Shown here piece by piece: positions 1 through 10,018 of a stretch of 64,000 nucleotides of DNA. Positions within the stretch are counted from its first letter, which is position 1; every line of letters starts with the position of its first letter. A program made the position numbers and the translations under genes. The notes beneath the pieces were generated by a model. It was not told the DNA's origin. It searched no databases and saw only the letters and a program-made list of their open reading frames with translations. The stretch lies in the NCBI GenBank assembly GCA_040756875.1, contig JBFLYH010000001.1, positions 1,341,367 to 1,405,366 of the forward strand, given 5' to 3'. The stretch comes from a candidate division FCPU426 bacterium. GTDB taxonomy: Bacteria > Oederibacteriota > JAAXVQ01 > JAUVAV01.

Positions 1-241
1 GCATTTGCAAACGTTCCATGCTTAGGTCGTCAATGGCCAGAATGACGACTTCATCGTCCGCTGCCGGCCCGATCTCGCCACGTATTTGGAAACGCATGTC
101 CAGCATCCGATTTTCCACGGACTTAGCAAAGTCAAAATAGTCAAATGTAGCCATTATCAGCCCACCCAGGACAGCCAGATAAACCGCAATCCGGGTTTTG
201 CTCAGCTTTTGGAATTGGAAATGACGTCTGATACTTACCAT
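1..241 (-). CDS. CHASE2-domain sensor protein, N-terminal fragment (gene continues beyond window start)
   Basis: Minus-strand ATG at 241 preceded by GGAGGGG. Translation MVSIRRHFQFQKLSKTRIAVYLAVLGGLIMATFDYFDFAKSVENRMLDMRFQIRGEIGPAADDEVVILAIDDLSMERLQ. This shows a TM helix followed by the typical CHASE2 opening (RG..P...iviv.IDd.Sl). Not in the ORF track because it runs off the window edge. Confidence 0.5.
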   Translation of the reverse strand, partial: MVSIRRHFQFQKLSKTRIAVYLAVLGGLIMATFDYFDFAKSVENRMLDMRFQIRGEIGPAADDEVVILAIDDLSMERLQM

Positions 242-296
242 GACCCCTCCATGACTTCCCGAAGGAAATCCCCTCCCCTCAAGGGAAGGGATTTCA

Positions 297-1751
297 TCAG
301 GGGATCAAATGCAAGATCCCGTTAGCGATCGAATGGACTGTGCCAGCCATGAGTTGCCCAGCTTTTCCAGCCACATTCATGCTTCCGCGGTCAAAAGTCT
401 CCGTGGTTCCCTGCCAGACGCCTGCGCGCAGTTCGGTTTCCAGCAGCAAGGTCGCGGGCTTCCCCTGCATGCGGCGATGATGGGCAAGGGTCAATTCGCG
501 GCTGAGCGAACGCAGAACGCGCGCCCTGGCCGTAATCTCACGGGACTGAAGCCGGCCTGCCATGTCCGCGGCCGGAGTGCCGGGCCTCATTGAAAAGGGG
601 AAAACGTGCAAACGGCTGAAACCTTGTTCGCGCAAAAAGCCGCAAGTCCGTTCAAAAGCCCTGGCGGTTTCTCCGGGAAACCCCGCGATCACGTCCGCGG
701 TCAGAATTAAATCCGGCCTCGTGGCCCGCAAAGAGTCAAGCTGTTGGCCAAGGCTTTCGCCGGTATAAGCCCGGCCCATGGCCTGCAAAACGCCATTATC
801 CGCGCTTTGCAGGGCCAGGTGCAGGTGCGGACAAAGCCGGCTGCCGAGTTCGCCCCAAGTCCGGATCAGCCGGGAAGACAAGTATTGAGGTTCCAGGGAG
901 GACAGCCGCAGGCGAAAAGCGCCGGGTAAAACCGCCAGCTCAGGCAAGAGCTTCTCCAAGCCCGGCTGCCAGGAGCCGACATTCACGCCGGTCAGCACCA
1001 ACTCCTGAAATCCTTGGGCCAGGCAGGCTTGCGCCTCGGCCTTTATATCGTCCATGGGCCTGGACACAGGCTTGCCACGCGCCAAATGCACGCGGCAGTA
1101 GGTGCAGGCGCCTGCGCATCCATCCTGGATTTTCAGCCAAGCCCTGGAGCGGTTTTGGGAGCGACGCCAGCTAATAGGGCCGGGGAAAAACCCTGGTTCG
1201 CGGACATCTGTGGTCGCGGAAGACCCGCCTTGCCAGTGGAGTGACCCCCCGGACTGAAGTCCGGGGCTCCCTCCCTCCACAATACAATCCTGCAAATCCT
1301 CTCCCCGGCCAGCGGTCCCTTCGGGAGCTGAAGCCCGGGGATTCTTGCGGAGGGATTGCGCGGCAAGCTCAGCCAGCCTGTAACGGTCCGCCTGTCCCAG
1401 CACCGCAGCCACTCCGGGCAGGCTGGACAGGGTCTTGGCTTCCAGTTCAGCCAAACAGCCGCTTGCAATTATTTTCGCCCCAGGATGCACAGAATGCGTT
1501 TTTTGAATCAGCCGGCGCGAATCACGATCTGCGCGTTGGGTGACTGTGCAGGTGTGGATCAAAACCAGGTCCGGCGCATCACCTTCCGCAACCGGGATCC
1601 AACCCCGTTCAGCCAGCTGCCTGCCGAAGATATCCGCCTCCGCCTGATTGACTTTGCAGCCTACGACCTGGATGTGAAATGTTGGTTTTCGCATATTCAC
1701 TTTTTCGGCTCCGTTCGGGGCGGCCGGATGAAATATGTCCATATTATGCAC
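297..1751 (-). CDS. MiaB/MtaB-family tRNA methylthiotransferase (MTTase domain + radical SAM + TRAM)
   Basis: N-terminal MTTase motif FHIQVVGCKVNQAEADIF, radical SAM CxxxCxxC (DGCAGACTYCRV), and a C-terminal TRAM-like region. The more likely start is the internal MRKPTFHIQ (about 1694). The track's residue 1 is an alternative start codon. An unusual ~70-aa Gly/Ser-rich insertion sits between the MTTase and radical SAM domains. Confidence 0.85.
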   Translation of the reverse strand: MHNMDIFHPAAPNGAEKVNMRKPTFHIQVVGCKVNQAEADIFGRQLAERGWIPVAEGDAPDLVLIHTCTVTQRADRDSRRLIQKTHSVHPGAKIIASGCLAELEAKTLSSLPGVAAVLGQADRYRLAELAAQSLRKNPRASAPEGTAGRGEDLQDCIVEGGSPGLQSGGSLHWQGGSSATTDVREPGFFPGPISWRRSQNRSRAWLKIQDGCAGACTYCRVHLARGKPVSRPMDDIKAEAQACLAQGFQELVLTGVNVGSWQPGLEKLLPELAVLPGAFRLRLSSLEPQYLSSRLIRTWGELGSRLCPHLHLALQSADNGVLQAMGRAYTGESLGQQLDSLRATRPDLILTADVIAGFPGETARAFERTCGFLREQGFSRLHVFPFSMRPGTPAADMAGRLQSREITARARVLRSLSRELTLAHHRRMQGKPATLLLETELRAGVWQGTTETFDRGSMNVAGKAGQLMAGTVHSIANGILHLIP

Positions 1752-2088
1752 TTTTTCAAGCCTTTTTCAAATGATTTACCCTGCAGCTGCAGGTTTCCCG
1801 GATATCATCCCTCCCCAGACCTCCGGAACCTTGGAGCCGGAGCTTATTTCCACTTTCTTTACCCCCACAGCCAGCTGCGGGGTAGTGGATGAAGGGGGAT
1901 AAAACCGCGGCGCGTTCATTCTACCTATATTATTTTTACAACTCCGCTCAAGTTATATCAAAGACCGTCGATATTCACCGTATGAGGGCATGCCGGCGCG
2001 GCAACCTCATCATTTTTCGGGGTATTATTGCTGCATGGAGTGCGTCGGGTTTTCACCGGGCGACCGGAATAATCTAATAGGAGGTATG

Positions 2089-2667
2089 ATGATGAATTGG
2101 AAAGGATGGACGGCATTGAGTGTAGGCTGTTTGGTGGTAGGGCTGATGGCGGGCATATCCTCAGTTTCCTGGGCCGAAGGCGACGATTTGGCTAAAGAAA
2201 GCGAAGCCAAAGCCGAGAGCACGGCCGGGACCAAACCAACCATTGATATGATCATTAAAAACGTGGATAAAGCCTGTGAGTTGCTCGAAAAAGAAGGCAC
2301 GGAGGCTTTTCCAAAATTCCAGGGCAAGGACAGCGACTTCATTTTCGCCGGCACTTACATTTGGATTCATGACTTGGATGGCATCATGCTCATGCACCCG
2401 ATTAAAGCGGCCATGAACGGCAAACCGATCCTGAATTTCAAAGACGCCAATGGCAAGCGTTTCTTTTCCGAAATGAACGAATTGGTTAAGGAAAAAGGCG
2501 CCGGTTGGGTGGACTATATGTGGCCGAAACCGGGCGAAAAAAATCCCTCGCTTAAAATTTCTTACGTCAAATTGTGCAAAAGCAAAGATGGAAAAGACTT
2601 GGTGGCAGGGTGCGGCGTTTATAATTTAAGCGAAAGCGATATCGCTTCAATTAAATCGAAGAACTAA
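2089..2667 (+). CDS. secreted single-Cache (sCache-like) domain protein
   Basis: AGGAGG at 2079-2084 followed by three consecutive ATGs (2086/2089/2092). Signal peptide MNWKGWTALSVGCLVVGLMAGISSVSWA. Cache-like core YIWIHDLDGIMLMHPIKAAMNGKPILNFKDANGKRFF...GAGWVDYMWPKPG. No transmembrane or output domain. Confidence 0.7.
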   Translation: MMNWKGWTALSVGCLVVGLMAGISSVSWAEGDDLAKESEAKAESTAGTKPTIDMIIKNVDKACELLEKEGTEAFPKFQGKDSDFIFAGTYIWIHDLDGIMLMHPIKAAMNGKPILNFKDANGKRFFSEMNELVKEKGAGWVDYMWPKPGEKNPSLKISYVKLCKSKDGKDLVAGCGVYNLSESDIASIKSKN

Positions 2668-2724
2668 GTCGTTTATCAGCGCCTGTAAACGGTCAGGCCT
2701 AACGCCAGAAAGGCAGGTTCGCAA

Positions 2725-4641
2725 ATGACTTTGATCCAGCGGATTCTCCAAGCGAATTTAAAACAAAAACTGGCGGGTTTTTCAGGCCTGACCGTTTTTC
2801 TTTTATTATCCACCATCGTCATTTCTTTCGTTTTTTATAATCAAATCCAAGGGGCCCATCAGATAAAAAGCGACATCAACTTCTTTGCCAGCCGGTTGCT
2901 TGAAGCACGCTTGTCCGAAAAGCTTTTCCTGACGTCGTTCGCCGCGGAATACAAGCGCGATTTCGACTCCCAATCCGGCGAAGTCCACTCGATTTTGAAA
3001 CAACTTCAAAATCGCCGGTTGACCACGGACCAATCCAAAAGCCTGACCGCGGCTGGCGAGCTTTTCAACCAGTATCAGACTGCTTTCAACGAACGTGTGG
3101 CGCTCAATTCCGAGCAGGACCAGGTGCGGGCGGGCATTAAAAAACCCCAGGAATTGATCAACAAAATGGTCATCGACCTTACGGCCAAGCAAGCCCTGCT
3201 GCAAATGGATGGCCTGGACCTTTCCAAGGAAGAGTATGAATTTTCAGGAGTTTTACGCGACTGCGACAGTGTGCTGTTTCAAATCCAATTGCTCCAGCAG
3301 CAATACCTGGACACAGGGGATAAAAAGACCCTCAAACTGCTCGAACAGCAATGTAAAAACAATCTTCCGTCCTATCGCGACACCCTGAGTGCCTTGGCAT
3401 TGGGATTCCGCAGCAAAGATTTGGCTGCCAATGCCACCACTGTGAGCGGTTCTTTAAGAACCCTGGTGGACCTGCTGAAAAAGTCATTGACCTTCAGCGT
3501 GCGTGAATACCAACTGACGCAAAGCCTTGATCAACTGGGCGGTGGCATCCTCAGCGAGGTGAATGCCTTGCTCGCAGCCACCGACCGTTACATCTCCACC
3601 AAACAAGGTACCGCCCTGCTTCTTATTGTCATCACATTTATTGCCGGACTGGGGTTGTTCGGGTTGGCAGCGTTCTACGTCATCCGCTCCATAACTTTGC
3701 CGATCTATCAGATCGTCACCGGGCTGATATCCGGTTCTCAGCAGGTGTCCACGGCGGCCAAGCAGGTTTCGACTGGCAGCCAATCTCTGGCCCAAGGAAC
3801 CTCTGCCCAGGCCGCTTCCCTGCAAGAGACCAGTTCGTCGTTGGTGGAGATATCCGATATGACCAGGAAAAACGCGGAAAATGCCAAACAAACCGCTGCC
3901 CTGATGCAGGAAGCTGATCAAGTCACCCAAGAAGCCAATCAAGCCATGGCCCAACTGACCCAATCCATGAAGGAAATCACCAAAGCCAGCGAGGAAACCT
4001 CCGACATCATCAAAACCATCGACTCGATTTCCTTCCAAACTAATTTATTGGCTCTCAATGCCGCGGTGGAAGCCGCGCGCGCCGGCGAAGCCGGCGCCGG
4101 CTTCGCGGTTGTGGCCAACGAGGTTAAAAATCTGGCCATGCGCACGGCCGAGGCGACGCGCAATACAGCCACGCTCCTCGAAAATACCACGCAAAAGATC
4201 AAATATGGAGCTGATTTGGTTCACAACGCGGATTCCGCCTTCAATCACGTGGTTGAAAATTCAATCACAGTCCGGAAACTCGTGGGGGAAATCACCCAGG
4301 CTTCCGAGGAGCAATCCCAACGGATAGAACAAATAAACATCGCCGTCGGAAAAATGAACGAGGTAGTCCAGCATAATTCCGCCAACGCCGAGGAATCAGC
4401 CTCCGCGTCCGAGGAAATGCACGCGCAGTCCGAACAAATGCGCGAACATATCGACCAATTGGTGGTCATTGTCGGGCAGAATACAAATCAGACGCCGGCC
4501 CGCAAAACCACCAGCGAAAGCCTTTCCGCCGCCTTCCGGTCCACTGTCGCCGCTGTGTCGGGGGCAAAACGGAAAACAGCTGCAGGTACGCCTGTTTCAA
4601 GATCAGAATCGGCGTTTACGACCGGCACCCGTGTCAGGTAA
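2725..4641 (+). CDS. methyl-accepting chemotaxis protein (TM1 - helical periplasmic ligand domain - TM2 - signalling domain)
   Basis: Two TM segments flank a ~270-aa helical periplasmic region. MCP signalling core [44 protein letters not shown] and a Q/E-rich methylation region. Starts 57 nt after the Cache-protein gene. Confidence 0.85.
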   Translation: MTLIQRILQANLKQKLAGFSGLTVFLLLSTIVISFVFYNQIQGAHQIKSDINFFASRLLEARLSEKLFLTSFAAEYKRDFDSQSGEVHSILKQLQNRRLTTDQSKSLTAAGELFNQYQTAFNERVALNSEQDQVRAGIKKPQELINKMVIDLTAKQALLQMDGLDLSKEEYEFSGVLRDCDSVLFQIQLLQQQYLDTGDKKTLKLLEQQCKNNLPSYRDTLSALALGFRSKDLAANATTVSGSLRTLVDLLKKSLTFSVREYQLTQSLDQLGGGILSEVNALLAATDRYISTKQGTALLLIVITFIAGLGLFGLAAFYVIRSITLPIYQIVTGLISGSQQVSTAAKQVSTGSQSLAQGTSAQAASLQETSSSLVEISDMTRKNAENAKQTAALMQEADQVTQEANQAMAQLTQSMKEITKASEETSDIIKTIDSISFQTNLLALNAAVEAARAGEAGAGFAVVANEVKNLAMRTAEATRNTATLLENTTQKIKYGADLVHNADSAFNHVVENSITVRKLVGEITQASEEQSQRIEQINIAVGKMNEVVQHNSANAEESASASEEMHAQSEQMREHIDQLVVIVGQNTNQTPARKTTSESLSAAFRSTVAAVSGAKRKTAAGTPVSRSESAFTTGTRVR

Positions 4642-4809
4642 CATCGGTGCAGCTTCGGCTGTGAAAGATAGCCGCCAAACATATGCGTGGCAGAAATGTC
4701 TTCCGGCATAAGCACAGGGGGGTGATCACCGATACGGCTAAGCACAGAATTAATCGTCCAACCGGCGGTTGCCGGAATAAAACTCTGCCAAATACATAAA
4801 GGGGGTTCC

Positions 4810-5991
4810 ATGAAAAATATCAGTTTAATTTTTATCGCTGCAATGATCGGTTTGGCGGGCGTCAATGTGGCCATGGCCGCCGATGCGCCTGAAAAAAAGA
4901 GCGTGCTTTCCAACATCGACATACAGGTGTACGGTTATATCAAACTGGATGCTATCTTCGACACCTCGCGCGTCTACCCCGGCAATTATGCTATTTACGT
5001 CAAACAGGAAGGGCCGTATAACGACGACAACCAGCTCAATATCACCGCCAACCAAACCCGTCTGGGATTGAACCTGTCCGGCCCGGAAGCGGCGGGCGCC
5101 AAAACCGCCGGAAAAGTGGAAATGGATTTCTACGGGCCCGGAGGCACGGAAAACAAAGGACTACTCATGATGCGCCAGGCCTATCTGGAGCTGACTTGGA
5201 CGGATTTAAACCTCGGTCTTCTGGCCGGGCAGGCTTGGGACGTTTTCGCACCCATGCTTCCGGACGCAGTAAATTATTCGGTGTGGGAAGGCACCGGCGA
5301 AGTGGGCTACCGTCACCCCCAACTGCGCCTGACCGGCAATTTTAAAGTAGGAGAAAAATCGAGCTTGAACGCCAAAGTAGCGCTGTCCCGCAACATGGGA
5401 CACACTGTGACGGTGACCAGCACGGATTCAGGCACTGATTCCGGTATGCCGCATGTACAGGGCAGCCTGACCTTCACCAGCCCGTTGTGGACTTCCGCAC
5501 CGGCGATCCTGTGCTTGTCCGGCGTTTGGGGCCGGGAGGAATACGACGTCAACACCCAGAATATTGACTTCAAAACGTACCCGGTCTGGGGCGGCGCGAT
5601 CGACGTACAGCTGCCACTAGTGGACGGAGCGACCTTGAAAGGCAGCGCCTGGAAAGGAGCCAATTTAGAAACGTATATCGGCGGCCTCACCCAGGGCATC
5701 AGCACCACTCGCGGAGAGTCCGTGCATACCAAGGGCGGCTGGGTGTGCCTGGGTCTTGGCCCTATGGCTTCGACCAAGTTCAACCTCGGTGGCACCATCG
5801 AAATGGCCCAGTGGGATCAGATTCCCAATGGCTGGAGATCGCAGAACAACGCGGTATGGGGCAATGCCATCCATAATCTGACTTCCAATATCCAGGTGGC
5901 CTTGGAAATCGCCCAAATCCGCACGCAGTATAAGAATTCCAAAGAAGGCGACGCCGCGCGCACGCAGCTGGCGTTCATTTACAACTTCTAA
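4810..5991 (+). CDS. outer-membrane beta-barrel porin-like protein
   Basis: Signal peptide ending AMAADAP. Alternating amphipathic strands rich in G/Y/W. C-terminal ...LAFIYNF with a terminal Phe typical of OMPs. GGGGG RBS before the ATG. Confidence 0.6.
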   Translation: MKNISLIFIAAMIGLAGVNVAMAADAPEKKSVLSNIDIQVYGYIKLDAIFDTSRVYPGNYAIYVKQEGPYNDDNQLNITANQTRLGLNLSGPEAAGAKTAGKVEMDFYGPGGTENKGLLMMRQAYLELTWTDLNLGLLAGQAWDVFAPMLPDAVNYSVWEGTGEVGYRHPQLRLTGNFKVGEKSSLNAKVALSRNMGHTVTVTSTDSGTDSGMPHVQGSLTFTSPLWTSAPAILCLSGVWGREEYDVNTQNIDFKTYPVWGGAIDVQLPLVDGATLKGSAWKGANLETYIGGLTQGISTTRGESVHTKGGWVCLGLGPMASTKFNLGGTIEMAQWDQIPNGWRSQNNAVWGNAIHNLTSNIQVALEIAQIRTQYKNSKEGDAARTQLAFIYNF

Positions 5992-6007
5992 CTCTTTTTA
6001 TTTCAAT

Positions 6008-6045
6008 AAAAAGCCCTTCCGGCCCCCGGTCGGAAGGGCTTTTTA
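6008..6045. terminator. bidirectional rho-independent terminator between convergent genes
   Basis: AAAAAGCCCTTCCG-gcccccggt-CGGAAGGGCTTTTT. Perfect 11-bp GC-rich stem with an A-run on one side and a T-run on the other. Lies between the porin stop (5991) and the stop of the 6064..9879 gene. Confidence 0.75.
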
Positions 6046-6063
6046 CTATATGTGAAGAGAGGG

Positions 6064-9000
6064 TTATTTTATTAATGCAATCTTTTTAAGTACCTTTTCT
6101 TCTGCACCATTGGCAGCACGAGCTTTAACCAGCAGAAAATATACCCCATTTGCCAGATTGCTCATGTTTACGCTCTCGATCTGCATCCCAGTTGAATAAT
6201 TGCGGTTGAAAGACATAACCTCTTTATTGGTAATTGTATACATCTTTACCGATACCTCAGCCGGTTGCAGGGTCATGATATGTATTTTGGCAATATGGCC
6301 CCGAATGGGATTGGGAGCGGCATAGACATAATTTTTGGAAATAATTTGACCGTCAAAGTCCGGAACCGGAGTCTTGGTCGGCGTAGGGGTAGGCTGGGAG
6401 TGGCTGGCTTTAATCTGATAGACATGGCTGTCTCCGGCCAAGGCGTACAATTCCAATTGATAGTCATTGTCGCCATCACCCGAAACCAGCGCATAAAGTT
6501 CCGCAGGCGCACTGCCCAGATCCTGGTTTGACCATTGGCTGTTTGCATACTTACATTGGCAAACATGGCCGTTGATTGCGGCGATGTAAACTTCTTGAGT
6601 CCCGTCATTGTCAGCATCACCAACCAGCAAATCCCGGCTGGTCTGATCAGCCACCTGGGTGATATTCCAGAAAAAGGTTGATGTCCATTTGCATTGGTAG
6701 ATTTTGCCATCCAAGTTAGTGCAATATACTTCATTGCTGCCATCCTGATTGCCGTCGCCAATAGCCACGGACAGCATATCATCCCCGCCAGTAGCTACTA
6801 TGGTTTTGGCCCAAGTCGAGCCATTGAATTTTAATTGGTATAGGTTTTTATCCTCGCAAGCCACATACACTTCGTTCTCTCCATCCTGATTGCCATCACC
6901 CACGGCAAGATCCATCATCTTTCCTGTCGCGTTTCCGATAATATTGCTGGACCAACCGGTGCCATTATACTGGCTTTCAATCACATCCCCGTTTTCGGTG
7001 GCAATATAGAGTTCTAAAATATCATCATTATTCCCATCGCCATACGCAAGAGCGTTAACCGCATACCCTAAATCGCCGCTGTCTTCCCGATTAACCCAAT
7101 TCGTCCCGCTAAACCCATACACATGATGGTCCAAAGTCGATCCGTAAACCTCATTTTGTCCGTCATTGTCTTTATCAAAGACAATCACATCGGTATAGTA
7201 CTCGCCGATAGGGCCGGTTGGCAATTGGGTAATTCCCCAGTCAGACGCTCCGGTACATTTATACTGCAAAAGATTCTGCAATAACCCAGCCGAATACAAT
7301 TCCCTCTGCCGGTCATTATTCCCGTCGCCCAGCGTCAACCCACGCCGAATCGAAGTTTGCGCAGTTATACCGGCTTGCCCCAAGTCAGCCACAGTCCAGT
7401 TAATCGGCGGAACAATTTCCGAAATAATCGTCAACGCATTCTGCAACTCGGATTGTGAACCGGGTATCTGCGCTTGCACATTATAATTACCAGCCGGGAG
7501 GCCTGTTAGGTCGAAACTGCAGGTTGCCAATTCCTGGCTGACAATATTAATGCTGGTCGCAGCCCGATCAGTCACACCGGATTTAACCAGTTTAATGGTA
7601 AGGGGATTTTGTAATGCCTTGCCGCGTAGTGTGAAAGTCCCTGCCCGATTGGAATAATAGTATTCCGGCGCCAAGGAGTGTACTAGGACTTGGGTAGCCG
7701 GAGTGGCGGTTGGGGTTGGAGTCTGGGTGGGCGTGACAGTCGGTGTTGGCACTTGAACCAATTGGTTCAATGAAAACCCAGATGAATTTCCGCTGCTATC
7801 CGTGGCAATGGCGCATACATATTCTCCGCCTGATAGGCCGGTTGGCACCAGGCTCCAGTTGCCCGAGACCGCAGTAGTAGTGCCGACGCTCCTTAAGCTC
7901 CCTCCATATTGACCTGCACCTCGATCGGAAATAAACACTTCAATGAAATCATTTGATCCACTAGTAGTTCCTTGTATTAAGGCCACGTCTGCCGGTGATA
8001 AAATAGCAGGGGAAGCCTTATTCTGATTAGCGCCATCACCAGCTAAAGATATACCTGCCGTGCTAAAATTGCATATAGTGTTACCAACGAATTCATTGTA
8101 ATCGCTATTTACGCCAGAAATGGAAATACCCGTCCCAGTACCTCGAATTAAATTGCCGCTATTTGAAATACTCCGCCGGCCAATAAAACCCGTCTGTGAG
8201 TTGCTGTCAATTACAATACCTGATGTAAGATTTTGCGAAGGGTAATTATAGTTCGGGAGCAACCCGAGTAAATTGTTATAAATAGTTGTGTTCATGGAAC
8301 CGGCAACTCGGATTGCCGTACCAGTTCCACAAATCACATTCCTTTTCTCAATAGACGTCCCACCTATTTCGGTATTATTTGTATTCTGCACAAAAATGGC
8401 GTAAGTAGTATTTGATACTTGACCTGTACCGCTCGCATTCGTACCAATATAATTACCCCATATTTGTGTATTGTGTGCGTTTTGACTTAAATAAATGCCA
8501 TAAGGATTTCCCGAAATAACATTTCTTAATTCAGATGAAGGTCCACCGATTAAAGTATTTACACTCCGATCATCATTGATGCCATAAGATGTATTTGGCA
8601 CCGCGGCATTGCCTGCAGCATTTAATCCAATATAATTACCTGCAATTGTATTTCCACCACCATAATATAATCCAATACCACTTTGATTTCCCGAAATAAT
8701 ATTGCCATACAAACTGCCACCGCTTATTTCAAATCCGCCAATTAAATTGTCATATCCATTATTTATATAAATCCCCCTCTGATTACCTGCGGATGCCGAG
8801 CCATCAACTGTTAATCCAATATAATTCCCACAAATGGTATTATTAGAACTTTGATAAACTTCAATTCCTGCATAACTATTATTACTAATTATATTTTTGT
8901 TATATTGTCCGGCGCTTCTGACTCCACCAACGACGCAAGCAATAGTATCGTGTATATAGAGTCCTCGCATCCCCCCAAAAGTTCCGTTTGATTCCGAAAG

Positions 9001-9879
9001 ACCTATTAAATTATTTTTTATAGTACTTCTCCCAAAACCACTGATTTCGACGCCATAATTTAAGTAGCCAGCTATTATGTTGCCATAACCATCTTGTGAA
9101 AGACCAATACAATGACCTTTGGAACTCTCATATATACGAATTCCTATCGATATATTCAGTCTCGTTGATTGATCCGCGGATAGTCCTATGATATTTCCAC
9201 ATACACTATTCCCATAGCTTGACCCTCGGACATCTACAGCCGGAAATCCTCTGATGACATTGCCTTCACCATTATTTTTATTCCCTCCAACCATATTTTG
9301 AAAAGTATTCCCTTCAATATTTATACCAACACCTGTGCCAAGCCCTGTCGCACCATCGCTAAGGAGACCAATATAATTACCCCGTATAGTATTTCTATGT
9401 GCATTGCCCGTTATATCAAGTCCTGTTCCCATCATGTTTCTTTCGGAAGCAATGTTTCCACCGATATCATTATAGGAGCCTGAAATAGATATCCCATTTT
9501 CCATAAAGGTAGAGCCAATGATCCGATTGCAATTGGACTGTACCTCTACGCCGCTATAATTAAAAATTACGCCACTAATGGTACTTCCATCACTATCAGG
9601 AATTAAAATAAATCGTCCGCCGCCAATAACCTGTGTTTTGGCACCTGAAATAAATACCCGATCTGAAATATTCAAGTCGCTAAACACAACCAATGAATTC
9701 CCGACGCTAAAATTAATAACATCAGGACCTGGGACACCATTAGCTTGGCTTACTGCCCAACGTAAGGTGCCCGGTATAAGTAAATTATCCTCAAGACTAG
9801 TAACAGTAAAAACATCAGAATGAGCCGAAATAGCAAGAAAAAGTAGTAACGATGTCAGTGGAACGAAAACACATTTCAT
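6064..9879 (-). CDS. large secreted surface protein: parallel beta-helix repeats + FG-GAP/VCBS-like beta-propeller + T9SS-type C-terminal sorting domain
   Basis: Signal peptide MKCVFVPLTSLLLFLAISAHS. About 25 right-handed beta-helix repeats (GNxIxGNYIGL...). A TPT linker (PTPTVTPTQTPTPTATP). Seven-plus FG-GAP-like blades (GDGNNDxxxEVY, VGDGNQDGENEVY, VGDADNDGTQEVY). C-terminal ~90-aa domain ending GVYFLLVKARAANGAEEKVLKKIALIK. Confidence 0.8.
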   Translation of the reverse strand: MKCVFVPLTSLLLFLAISAHSDVFTVTSLEDNLLIPGTLRWAVSQANGVPGPDVINFSVGNSLVVFSDLNISDRVFISGAKTQVIGGGRFILIPDSDGSTISGVIFNYSGVEVQSNCNRIIGSTFMENGISISGSYNDIGGNIASERNMMGTGLDITGNAHRNTIRGNYIGLLSDGATGLGTGVGINIEGNTFQNMVGGNKNNGEGNVIRGFPAVDVRGSSYGNSVCGNIIGLSADQSTRLNISIGIRIYESSKGHCIGLSQDGYGNIIAGYLNYGVEISGFGRSTIKNNLIGLSESNGTFGGMRGLYIHDTIACVVGGVRSAGQYNKNIISNNSYAGIEVYQSSNNTICGNYIGLTVDGSASAGNQRGIYINNGYDNLIGGFEISGGSLYGNIISGNQSGIGLYYGGGNTIAGNYIGLNAAGNAAVPNTSYGINDDRSVNTLIGGPSSELRNVISGNPYGIYLSQNAHNTQIWGNYIGTNASGTGQVSNTTYAIFVQNTNNTEIGGTSIEKRNVICGTGTAIRVAGSMNTTIYNNLLGLLPNYNYPSQNLTSGIVIDSNSQTGFIGRRSISNSGNLIRGTGTGISISGVNSDYNEFVGNTICNFSTAGISLAGDGANQNKASPAILSPADVALIQGTTSGSNDFIEVFISDRGAGQYGGSLRSVGTTTAVSGNWSLVPTGLSGGEYVCAIATDSSGNSSGFSLNQLVQVPTPTVTPTQTPTPTATPATQVLVHSLAPEYYYSNRAGTFTLRGKALQNPLTIKLVKSGVTDRAATSINIVSQELATCSFDLTGLPAGNYNVQAQIPGSQSELQNALTIISEIVPPINWTVADLGQAGITAQTSIRRGLTLGDGNNDRQRELYSAGLLQNLLQYKCTGASDWGITQLPTGPIGEYYTDVIVFDKDNDGQNEVYGSTLDHHVYGFSGTNWVNREDSGDLGYAVNALAYGDGNNDDILELYIATENGDVIESQYNGTGWSSNIIGNATGKMMDLAVGDGNQDGENEVYVACEDKNLYQLKFNGSTWAKTIVATGGDDMLSVAIGDGNQDGSNEVYCTNLDGKIYQCKWTSTFFWNITQVADQTSRDLLVGDADNDGTQEVYIAAINGHVCQCKYANSQWSNQDLGSAPAELYALVSGDGDNDYQLELYALAGDSHVYQIKASHSQPTPTPTKTPVPDFDGQIISKNYVYAAPNPIRGHIAKIHIMTLQPAEVSVKMYTITNKEVMSFNRNYSTGMQIESVNMSNLANGVYFLLVKARAANGAEEKVLKKIALIK

Positions 9880-9965
9880 ATTTATTTCCCCTTTTTCATT
9901 GTATCAATTGTTGTATATATATAATTGTTTAGACTGGATTAAGCCACTTTCAATGCGTTTATTCA

Positions 9966-9997
9966 TAAAAAAAGGGCGGCTCGGATGAGCCGCCCTT
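9966..9997 (-). terminator. rho-independent terminator of the minus-strand barrel/lipoprotein cluster
   Basis: + strand reads AAAAAAAGGGCGGCTC-ggat-GAGCCGCCCTT. On the minus transcript this is an 11-bp GC hairpin followed by a U7 run. Lies 20 nt downstream of the stop of 10019..11449. Confidence 0.7.
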
Positions 9998-10018
9998 GAT
10001 AATCATTAAAAAATAGTA

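Noticed and set aside
86-325. 79-aa plus-strand ORF at the window start
   Set aside because: Overlaps the minus-strand CHASE2 N-terminus and the MTTase 3' end. No RBS. Composition atypical.
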